24,064 nt of DNA from the NCBI GenBank assembly GCA_039680575.1, contig JBDKSP010000092.1, positions 1 to 24,064 on the forward strand. The letters are read 5' to 3'. The notes beneath the pieces were generated by a model. It was given only the letters and a program-made list of their open reading frames with translations. It made no database searches and was not told the DNA's origin. Below, one piece after another: positions 8,570-16,685 of this stretch. The stretch is from Armatimonadota bacterium. Its GTDB lineage: Bacteria; Armatimonadota; UBA5829; DTLH01. The position numbers and the translations under genes are program-made. The stretch's first letter is position 1. Every line of letters begins with the position of its first letter.

Positions 8570-9646
8570 TTACTCTTCTTCTCCGCTCGATTGCAGCCGG
8601 TCGGCCTGGTCTTCGCTTATCAAATGGTCGATCAGGTCCTGAAGGTCTCCGTCCATAATCGCATCGAGCTTGTAGACAGTGTAATTGATCCTGTGGTCAG
8701 TCAACCGTCCCTGAGGGAAGTTATACGTCCGGCATTTGTCGCTCCTATCGCCGGAACGGACCATAAGCCTCCTCGCGGAAGCCTCTTTTTCCTGCTGGGC
8801 CAGGCGCTCCCGCTCGAACAGGTGCGTCCTGAGCATCATCATCGCCCGTTCCTTGTTCTGAAGCTGCGAACGCTCGTCCTGGCACTGCACGACGATGCCG
8901 GAAGGCTTGTGAGTTATCCGTATAGCCGTTTCGTTCTTCTGGACGTTCTGTCCACCAGCGCTCGACGAGCGGAAGGTGTCGATCTCGAGGTCGTCCGTGT
9001 TAATCTGGACGTCGATTTCTTCGGCTTCGGGCATTACGGCGACGGTTGCAGCGGATGTGTGAATCCTGCCGCTCGATTCCGTTGTTGGAACCCGCTGGAC
9101 CCGGTGGACGCCGGACTCGAATTTGAGCACGCTGTAAGCTCCTTGCCCCTTTATGCCAAGGACGGCTTCCTTATAGCCTCCGATTCCGGTCGGGGTGGCA
9201 GAAAGAAGCTCCGTCTTCCAGCCGCGGCGTTCCGCGTACCGCTCGTACATCCTCAGCAGGTCACTGGCAAAAAGCCCCGCTTCTTCACCGCCCGTTCCCG
9301 CGCGGATTTCCAGAATGACGTTCTTTTTGTCGTTTGGGTCCTTAGGCAGAAGCATAACTTTAAGGTCCTGACCCAGTGATTCCAAACGCTCTTTCAGGTC
9401 GTTCAGTTCGGACTGAGCGAGCTTGCGGAGTTCATCCTCCATGGGCTCATCCAGCATCTCTTCCGTCTCCCGGAGCTGCCGTTTGACTTCCTTATACTCT
9501 TTAAATTTCATCACTATCTCGGACAGGTCCGAATGCACTTTGGCTATACGGCTGAATTCCTGCGGGCTGGATATAACATCCGGGTCACCCAGCCGCCTGC
9601 CAAGCTCATCGTATCTGTCTTCGACTTCTTGTAACTTTGCAAACAT
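8570..9646 (-). CDS. prfA: Peptide chain release factor 1
   Basis: EIRAGTGGEEA, ESGVHRVQRVPTTE (PxT), GGQ, RTYNFPQGRLTDHRI. Confidence 0.97.
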   Translation of the reverse strand: MFAKLQEVEDRYDELGRRLGDPDVISSPQEFSRIAKVHSDLSEIVMKFKEYKEVKRQLRETEEMLDEPMEDELRKLAQSELNDLKERLESLGQDLKVMLLPKDPNDKKNVILEIRAGTGGEEAGLFASDLLRMYERYAERRGWKTELLSATPTGIGGYKEAVLGIKGQGAYSVLKFESGVHRVQRVPTTESSGRIHTSAATVAVMPEAEEIDVQINTDDLEIDTFRSSSAGGQNVQKNETAIRITHKPSGIVVQCQDERSQLQNKERAMMMLRTHLFERERLAQQEKEASARRLMVRSGDRSDKCRTYNFPQGRLTDHRINYTVYKLDAIMDGDLQDLIDHLISEDQADRLQSSGEEE

Positions 9647-9662
9647 TTTATTTATCTCTATA

Positions 9663-9784
9663 AAGGATTTAGGATTGAGGGTCTAGAGGAAATGGTGGAT
9701 GTTTCCACCCATCATCCCCAAATACCTATGCTTCGGGATCTCTTTTCATCCCGAAGCACACTCTCCGCCAAGCCCTGAATCCTT
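9663..9784. repeat. Composite palindromic intergenic module
   Basis: Outer IR AAGGATTTAGG / CCTGAATCCTT, GGTGGA/TCCACC hairpin, 11-bp stem TGCTTCGGGAT / ATCCCGAAGCA (9729-9758). The minus strand of 9725-9771 resembles 6689-6736. Confidence 0.75.
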
Positions 9785-9797
9785 AAAACCTAAAAAC

Positions 9798-11006
9798 TTA
9801 TCCGACCGCTAATTTTTCTTCTTCAGCCTCGCGTACGCTTTGTAAGGATCTGATGGAGACTTCCAATTGATCGTCCGATGGTTCCTGGGTCGTTATTCGC
9901 TGCATAAGAAGCCCGGGGCCGAGAATAAATTTCATCAGCTTGGAATCTTTCCTGCCGCCTGCAATCTTGATGACTTCGTAGGCGATTCCTGCTACTACAG
10001 GAAGAAAAAGCAGCTTATAAACGAACCTCAATACTACGCTTTTCCAAGATATAAAGGAGAAGATCAAGATGCTGACAAAAATCACGATCAAAAGAAAGCT
10101 CGTTCCGCATCTGACGTGGACAGTGGTATACTTTCGCACGTTTTCGACGGTCAGATCTTCTCCTGCCTCGAAGGCGTTTATCACTTTGTGCTCAGCACCG
10201 TGGTATTCGAACACTCGATGAATCTGGTCCCAGCGGGAGATGCCCCATATATAAAGGAAAAGAAACACGAGCTTTATTCCGCCCTCGAAGAGTCCTTTCC
10301 AAATCTGACTGTTGGTCACATGTCCCAATGCCAGCTTGGTCAGGACGATAGGCAGGAACATGAACACCGCTATCGCAATAGCCATAGAAATGAAAAGCGT
10401 GACATTTAGAGCAATATCATTCGCGTTGCCTGTAGTGCTCTGTGTTTCCTCCGGCGGGCCTGCAATCGTTGACCACTTGATAAAGCTCATTCCGAGGATC
10501 AGCACGAGTGCCACTCTGAAAGCGCTTTTATACTTAACAACAGTGCTAACCCAACCGGAAGCTGCAAACCACTTTGCGAGCAGTACAGGGGCAAAAAAGA
10601 CAATTCCAATGGCAAGAAGCGCAAGTATCGATGTAACAATCAGATAGGCGGTCTTGCCCATCTTTATCGACTTCTCTTTAGTCAGAGTTCGCTTGCTATT
10701 CGCGTCGCTGCCTTCCTCTGCAGCTATTTTCGCTTCCTCATCCGCCATTGCGAGATTTCCGGCCCACATCAGCGACTTCATGCCAAGGAACATGGAATCT
10801 ATCATCGCCAGTGTGCCGCGAAGCAGCGGTCGGTTCAGCCATTTCAGCTTACCGAGAATGCTGTTTTCTACCGGCTCAACGGTGGTTTCGATCTCGCCGT
10901 TCATGCGGCGGCAAGCTATCGCAAAATGGTCCTTGCCGCGCATCATAACGCCTTCTATGACGGCCTGGCCGCCATAACGATAGCTGTTTGTGCTCTTTTC
11001 GGCCAA
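9798..11006 (-). CDS. DUF1385 family membrane protein (putative metal-dependent enzyme)
   Basis: GGQAVIEGVMMR, YHGAEHK, HVRCGTSF, TTQEP; typical position after rpmE. Confidence 0.92.
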   Translation of the reverse strand: MAEKSTNSYRYGGQAVIEGVMMRGKDHFAIACRRMNGEIETTVEPVENSILGKLKWLNRPLLRGTLAMIDSMFLGMKSLMWAGNLAMADEEAKIAAEEGSDANSKRTLTKEKSIKMGKTAYLIVTSILALLAIGIVFFAPVLLAKWFAASGWVSTVVKYKSAFRVALVLILGMSFIKWSTIAGPPEETQSTTGNANDIALNVTLFISMAIAIAVFMFLPIVLTKLALGHVTNSQIWKGLFEGGIKLVFLFLYIWGISRWDQIHRVFEYHGAEHKVINAFEAGEDLTVENVRKYTTVHVRCGTSFLLIVIFVSILIFSFISWKSVVLRFVYKLLFLPVVAGIAYEVIKIAGGRKDSKLMKFILGPGLLMQRITTQEPSDDQLEVSIRSLQSVREAEEEKLAVG

Positions 11007-11101
11007 CTTCCTGTCCTATTCCGGCAAAAGAAAAAGGAAGCGCGCTGCCCGACAACGCCGAACAGTTCATGCCGCTTCCCTGAGTACTTCGATTAAATTA
11101 G

Positions 11102-11320
<219 letters not shown>

Positions 11321-11385
11321 CGTTCACCTTCCGTAACGTACTTACCGTCCAGCGCCGCAAACGCGAGACTGGACGACGACATATG

Positions 11386-11415
11386 ATTATACCATGTACA
11401 AATCAAGATTGGCAA
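11386..11415 (-). promoter_or_regulatory. Sigma70-type promoter of the rpmE operon
   Basis: TTGCCA-18 nt-TATAAT with TG extension. Confidence 0.7.
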
Positions 11416-11453
11416 CCAACGGATTTGGTAATAGTTCAGAGTTGATGAGTACA

Positions 11454-11578
11454 ACATCATACTGAATTATCACAACGTCATGCTGAGCTTGACTCAGCAT
11501 CCAGGAAGAAAGTGGACCCTGAATCAAGTTCAGGGTGACGTCCTTCCAAGATGACGTGTTGATTATTCAGGTTGATGT
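11454..11578. repeat. CGTC-tagged REP-like doublet inside a longer imperfect inverted repeat
   Basis: ACGTCATGCTGAGCTTGACTCAGCATCC...GACCCTGAATCAAGTTCAGGGTGACGT (11475-11541). Arms 11454-11480 and 11552-11578 are near-complementary. Confidence 0.85.
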
Positions 11579-11589
11579 AAGCTCTCTCA

Positions 11590-13542
11590 TTATGAGTGAA
11601 CTGTTACAGGATTTGAAAATGCCTCCAGTGTATCTACCGGTATACGTCCATCGGCAACCTTGATCCTGACGGAATGCCTGCCGTGGGGGATATCCCGCTT
11701 TTGGTAGACTATATGAGATGGTCTATCATCGGGCGAGTTGAAGTCGATCTCCGCCAGCATCGTTCCATCGAGGTAAAGCTCCCCCTTGCCGTAAAGAGAG
11801 CCGGTCGGAGCCCACAGCGCAAACCCGCCGCCGATGAAGTTCCACTTGGCCTCGCCCGTATCAGTTTTGGATATGATACCTTCGCCATAACGGAACATGT
11901 CCCCGCTGACTATTTTCCAGTCACTCATATTTTGAGCTGCGTTGAGGACCGCGTCTTGATAAAGAAATGCCGTAGCTGTCTCGGACACGCTGCCTTCTAT
12001 GCTGAATTCCTCGATTTCGACTCGGCTGTACGGTTCCACCCACAGCCCGACCCGTCCTTTGCCGGATTGGAAAGGTCCTTCCCAGCAAATGCTATCATCC
12101 AGCGTTATCTTTAAGGTGTTTCCATCCATACGGAGATCGATGTTGCGGACGGAAGAACTCTCGATCTTTCCACCGGCGGTCTGGAGACGGTTACCGCGTT
12201 CATCGTACCGAATCAGCGCCCATTTCTCTCCGGAAAGCTCCAGCGCATCGAAGCATGTCCGCATAAGAGGATGCAGGCCGCAGCCGGATGAGGGGCTGTC
12301 CGGAGCAAACGGGCCGCGATGGTTCCAGATTATCTGCACGGTGCCCGTAATCGTAAGGCTGGAATGAAGATGCTGCAGTTCAGTGTCGTGTCGAAGCACG
12401 GTAATCGATGGGCTGACATGGCCGCTCACGACAAAACCTCGCTCACGCATCGGTTGGTTCCAGTCCCTGCGCGCGAGGCCTATCGTGCCCCTGTCTTCCG
12501 GGTCGCGTGAAGGAAACATAACATAGAAAGTCCCGTCATCGTCGATAAACCCCGAAAAAGTCTGTCCCCAGATACCATGGTGCTCCGCTTCGACGGGCTC
12601 GGAGTGCCACACCGACCCATCTTGGAGCAGTTCCCACGCATCGGTATACATTGCATCTTCAATCGGCGTTCGGAACATCGCCTGATAGTTTCTGTTGCCG
12701 GCGACTGATGTGGCGGGCGAATATATGTATCCGGCGTGGATAAACGCCGGGAAATACTCCAGAAGCGGAGGGAAATAGCGGTCCAGCTGCGGGTGAAGCA
12801 GCAATTTCGGCTTTGTCCATGGTCCCTCAGGTCTGGCTGAGGTCTGACCGAGCAGTCCCCAACCAAAATAATCCTGCGAATCGACCAGGGTAAGCGCTAT
12901 CCAGTCGCTCTGACGCGGCAGTATGGTCGATGCATAGGTCCGCTTGTATTTCCCCAGCAGCAAGGCGTTGTCCCGGGTGTTAAGGTAAGCTGTAACCGGC
13001 TGGAACGGGCCTGCGGGTGTGTCTGAAACTGCGTAACCTGCACCTGAATTGAACTCCGGGTCATTGGCCACAATGTTTTCCCAGGTGATGCCGGCGGTGG
13101 TCCAGTCAAAGCTCATGTGGTACAGTCCATCTTTGTAACAGACCGCTGTGTCGGGTGAGCTCCAGAGGGGAGATATTTCGCCTTCAAATATATGTGAACC
13201 GATTCCGGCGATGGGGTCTCCGCACCGCTGCCAGGTCTTTCCCTTGTCTTCCGAACGGAAAACGATGCAGTGGCTGCGGGATCCTTCCTCGATTGCGTAA
13301 CCCTGCTTATACCATCCCACATACAGGTACCAGTTGCCGCTGGCAGGATCTTTGAAAAGCGATCCGTTGACCGGCCAGCGGTATTCGTCCGTCCCGCGGC
13401 AGACGGGGTTGCCTGGCAGGCGTTCGAAAGAGTCGAAGGACGCATCTCCGTATACCGGATGATGTGTCCAGTCTGAGCAGTACTTGGATAATGCAAAATC
13501 TGCCGATATCGATGTTGGTGAGCTCAGTTGTGAGGGTTTCAT
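11590..13542 (-). CDS. Hypothetical beta-propeller glycoside hydrolase-like protein (GH43/32-type fold) with C-terminal beta-sandwich domains
   Basis: Asp-box SEDKGKTW, WSSPD...YKDGLYHM, repeated S..P.GP(F/W) blade ends; GGAGA SD; no signal peptide. Confidence 0.6.
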   Translation of the reverse strand: MKPSQLSSPTSISADFALSKYCSDWTHHPVYGDASFDSFERLPGNPVCRGTDEYRWPVNGSLFKDPASGNWYLYVGWYKQGYAIEEGSRSHCIVFRSEDKGKTWQRCGDPIAGIGSHIFEGEISPLWSSPDTAVCYKDGLYHMSFDWTTAGITWENIVANDPEFNSGAGYAVSDTPAGPFQPVTAYLNTRDNALLLGKYKRTYASTILPRQSDWIALTLVDSQDYFGWGLLGQTSARPEGPWTKPKLLLHPQLDRYFPPLLEYFPAFIHAGYIYSPATSVAGNRNYQAMFRTPIEDAMYTDAWELLQDGSVWHSEPVEAEHHGIWGQTFSGFIDDDGTFYVMFPSRDPEDRGTIGLARRDWNQPMRERGFVVSGHVSPSITVLRHDTELQHLHSSLTITGTVQIIWNHRGPFAPDSPSSGCGLHPLMRTCFDALELSGEKWALIRYDERGNRLQTAGGKIESSSVRNIDLRMDGNTLKITLDDSICWEGPFQSGKGRVGLWVEPYSRVEIEEFSIEGSVSETATAFLYQDAVLNAAQNMSDWKIVSGDMFRYGEGIISKTDTGEAKWNFIGGGFALWAPTGSLYGKGELYLDGTMLAEIDFNSPDDRPSHIVYQKRDIPHGRHSVRIKVADGRIPVDTLEAFSNPVTVHS

Positions 13543-13569
13543 ATTTCTCCTGAAGCCGTATTTACCTGG

Positions 13570-15249
13570 CTAAATACTTGTTTGGAGCTTTCCTGATGAT
13601 ACTTTTATCTTTGCCTTGTCCGGTGTCGAGTCCCATGTGATGCTGAAAACGACCGATCCTTTGGCATCGGTCGTTTTATAGCGGCTGTCCGGTGTACCGC
13701 CGGTAATGGTGAGTGTCACGCCCCTGCCGGGGACGCCGTTTCCGTTTTCGTCGATCAATTTCACACTTATCTGACCGAGGTTCGGAGCGCCGGTCGGGTC
13801 CGGAACGATCTTTGCAGTGAGCTTGATCGGTTGTCCTGAGCCGACTATCACCGGGAGTTCCAGCCGCTTCTCACCGATCAGCGCAACAATAGCACCCTTT
13901 CCGGTCTTTACCGGAATGAACCACCCTGCCTGGTTCACAAACCCGATTCCGCCTGTGACTCCCCAGATAATACTATTTCTCATTTCTTCGCTTGCAGGCT
14001 TACCGGTCGATTCATCGATAATTCCGATCATCCGGCTTCCGCCTGATGCTATGTTCAGAGGAGCTGCATCGGCAAATTTCACGGCAGGAGCGGGGCTGGA
14101 CTGTTTCGACTCTGAATACACAAGCAGGCCGTTTGCGACCGCCCGCTCTTTGCCCTCCGACGGGCTGTTGTTGACTATTCCCTTGATGGAGAACGCCGTA
14201 GACCCGCCGCCGTCCAGGTTTATCGCATCGACTGCGCCCAGGCTCTTCATAAGCGCCGCAAGCTCGTTAAGCGTCATTCCCCGGCTGATCGCCTGCCTGC
14301 CATCGACCGTTACCAGAAGCACTTCTCCCGATGTCGTCACTCCGACAGCCGTTCTCGGGTTTCGGACCGCGCTGAAGCTCTGTTTGAACCTTTCGTCAGC
14401 GGTATCGACGTAGATCCGGCCGTCGCTAAGGAGCATTGGGCCGCCGCCGACCGCTTCCATAACGTTTTCCCAGTTTTTCCCGAAGTTCGATTTTACGTCA
14501 AACCTGAGCGTGACCTTGTCTCCCTGTTTCAGGTTGCCCATAATCCAGTCTGCCGCGCGTCCCTGAGCGGAAATGAGCGCACTTCCTGCCTGAATTGCTC
14601 CTCCGGCGGCACTGGGGCCTCCTGTTACGGTTGCGGTCACGTCAGCATTCACTTTAAGCGGTTTTTCGAGAGATACAGGCAGCTCGATGCCGTCTTTCGC
14701 ACCGGTGGTCGATCCGTAGATAGGAGTAAAGAGCACTATCTCATTCTTTCCCCTCGGCCTGTTGATCCCCCGAAGAGGGAACGTTTCGCCTGAAGATGAC
14801 ATGAGCGTGCCGCTGAACCCGACCTTGTCGAAAATCGACATACCTTCTGCCGTAATACCGAATGCTGCCCGGTCCATCGGTTCACTTACGAGTTCGCCGC
14901 CCTGGATTTGCAGTCCGAGCGGATCACCGGTGAAAGGGAAAAAGTCGGCATTTACCCCGGCCAGAGCGCCGCTTCGGGCAACCATTGCGCTTGGGACCTC
15001 GCGCCCTTTGGTCGGGCCGCTTTCCATGACCGTGCCGCGCCCGAGTGCTGACGCTACCCTGACTCCGGGCTTCTTTGGGTCGATCCTGAGCACGTTTATC
15101 ACGAGCGGAGCGGCTTTATCCGTCCTGACATCCTGGATGAAGACGACTCCATCCGCAAGCTGTTTCTCATAGCGGGCACCGAAGGATGGAGTTACGAGTG
15201 TGAAGATGACTAAAAGTAAAATTGTCGCGCGGCTTATAGTATTACGCAA
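13570..15249 (-). CDS. Secreted phosphodiester glycosidase (NAGPA/DUF2233) family protein with C-terminal Ig-like domain
   Basis: GVNADFF, GGGPML, NPRTAVG, VTVDGRQ, NLDGGGST, NSPSEGKERAVANG. TTG 15249 follows GGGAG and gives a signal peptide; the ORF-track extension to 15369 runs through repeats. Confidence 0.88.
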   Translation of the reverse strand: MRNTISRATILLLVIFTLVTPSFGARYEKQLADGVVFIQDVRTDKAAPLVINVLRIDPKKPGVRVASALGRGTVMESGPTKGREVPSAMVARSGALAGVNADFFPFTGDPLGLQIQGGELVSEPMDRAAFGITAEGMSIFDKVGFSGTLMSSSGETFPLRGINRPRGKNEIVLFTPIYGSTTGAKDGIELPVSLEKPLKVNADVTATVTGGPSAAGGAIQAGSALISAQGRAADWIMGNLKQGDKVTLRFDVKSNFGKNWENVMEAVGGGPMLLSDGRIYVDTADERFKQSFSAVRNPRTAVGVTTSGEVLLVTVDGRQAISRGMTLNELAALMKSLGAVDAINLDGGGSTAFSIKGIVNNSPSEGKERAVANGLLVYSESKQSSPAPAVKFADAAPLNIASGGSRMIGIIDESTGKPASEEMRNSIIWGVTGGIGFVNQAGWFIPVKTGKGAIVALIGEKRLELPVIVGSGQPIKLTAKIVPDPTGAPNLGQISVKLIDENGNGVPGRGVTLTITGGTPDSRYKTTDAKGSVVFSITWDSTPDKAKIKVSSGKLQTSI

Positions 15250-15273
15250 TGAAAAACTCCCAAAAAGTGGATC

Positions 15274-15560
15274 TATCACGAAAGGGAGAAAGCAGAAAAA
15301 GGGAATAGTGGATGTCGTGCTTCGGGATGTTATCCCGAAGCATAAGAGCAGGGAACAGAAACATGTCACCCTGAACTAAGGAGTCCATTTTTCTTCCTGG
15401 ATTCCGAGTCAAGCTCGGAATGACGTATGCTTCGGGACCGCAGGCGTAAATGGCCGGCACGGAGACCGGCCACTACACTATTCCCTATTTCGTGGTTTCT
15501 TTGTTTCGTGCTTTCGTGATAAAAGGAGCTGATAGCTGACGGCTGAAAGCTACCAGCTAA
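15274..15560. repeat. Nested mosaic of palindromic repeats
   Basis: IRs 15274-15284/15511-15521 and 15300-15310/15476-15486 enclose a TGCTTCGGGAT hairpin (15318-15342), a CGTC element (15363-15426), a half hairpin (15426-15441) and a GTAG-tagged hairpin (15451-15476). GCTGA heptamers at 15528-15551. Confidence 0.85.
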
Positions 15561-16682
15561 TTACTCCTCAATAATCTCGACGTTAGCTCTTGGGACGGTG
15601 ACTTCGCGTCCGTCAGCAAGTTTGGCATTAAGGACCCTTACCGTTGCCCCAGATGGGATCAGTACCGGCTCCGGCGGGAGCTTGGTGACATTTCCAAGTA
15701 TACCGAAGTACGGTTCCCTGATAATCCGGATGTGCGATCCGATATCCAGAATCTGTCCCAGATCTTCGGGTGCGGCGATCTCTCCAATGTTATCCGATGT
15801 GACGATGACTTCGGGTCTGATAACTCCTGCACGGATCTGAGTGGCTCCGTTGATGGATGCCTGCTTTCCCTCAAGTGATTTCAGCAGTTTGAAGGTGCGG
15901 TCGGCCATTCGGATCGAACCAAAACCTTCCGTTGTGACGAGTGTGGTATTTATATCTTCCTGGCCAGTGATAGCAACGCCTATGTCATAGCCGAGAAAAT
16001 CGATAAGATCGCGGTCTATAATAGCTCCGACTACGACCCCTGTGCATCCGATCTCAGCGGCTTTCGTAAGTGCCGCTCCGGATACGTTTGAGCCTCCGAC
16101 GATGATATATCCGGCGTGTTCCGACGTTATCATTGCATCGGTAAGCGGTTCATCAGGGCTTGAAACCAGGACCTTGATCTTTCCGTTGCGTTCTCCGCCG
16201 ACTCCAAATATCCCCTGGATCAATGCCGCTGTTGCCTCGACGACAACGCCTTCATCAGGGAGTACTTCGGATACTTTTCCGTGGATATAGGCCGATACCT
16301 CGATCGGCGCTGACACCTGTCGGACTCCGATGTGGCCGGAGTGCTCCGATATCAGCTCGACAACGCCGGCGACCGGCGTGCGGACATCGGTCTTGAACAA
16401 ACCGAAGAACGATTTTGTCTCCGCGATAACCTGGTTGCGCTCGACTTTGTCGCCGATGCTCACTTTGAGCGCAGGCATTAGTTCATGCGGTTCAAGTCCA
16501 AGTATCTCGCTGGCTCTTATCGTCTGCATGATGCCCGGAATCTCGGTCCTGGCGACGACGGTGTCAGGGTCGACCTTATCGCCCACAGCCACGACGACCT
16601 GTCCCTTGAGGGGAAGACGTCTTGTTTTTTGCACTATTGTTCTGGGGCTGACCTTCAGCCCCGGGGTATAAGCTGTTCCCAT
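15561..16682 (-). CDS. Conserved hypothetical partner of GlmL-like proteins (barrel-sandwich hybrid repeats, C-terminal KOW-like motif)
   Basis: GQVVVAVGDKV and VSIGDKVERNQVIA...TPVAGVV resemble lipoyl/RnfC-N folds; IGSHIRIIREPYFG is KOW-like. Starts 3 nt after the glmL-like stop, with GGAGG SD. Confidence 0.75.
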   Translation of the reverse strand: MGTAYTPGLKVSPRTIVQKTRRLPLKGQVVVAVGDKVDPDTVVARTEIPGIMQTIRASEILGLEPHELMPALKVSIGDKVERNQVIAETKSFFGLFKTDVRTPVAGVVELISEHSGHIGVRQVSAPIEVSAYIHGKVSEVLPDEGVVVEATAALIQGIFGVGGERNGKIKVLVSSPDEPLTDAMITSEHAGYIIVGGSNVSGAALTKAAEIGCTGVVVGAIIDRDLIDFLGYDIGVAITGQEDINTTLVTTEGFGSIRMADRTFKLLKSLEGKQASINGATQIRAGVIRPEVIVTSDNIGEIAAPEDLGQILDIGSHIRIIREPYFGILGNVTKLPPEPVLIPSGATVRVLNAKLADGREVTVPRANVEIIEE

Positions 16683-16685
16683 CTG

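Noticed and set aside
8591..9379. 262-aa plus-strand ORF
   Set aside because: Antisense shadow of prfA with no recognisable motifs.
15250..15369. 40-aa N-terminal extension of the phosphodiester glycosidase
   Set aside because: Translates repeat DNA; the downstream TTG has an SD and yields a proper signal peptide.
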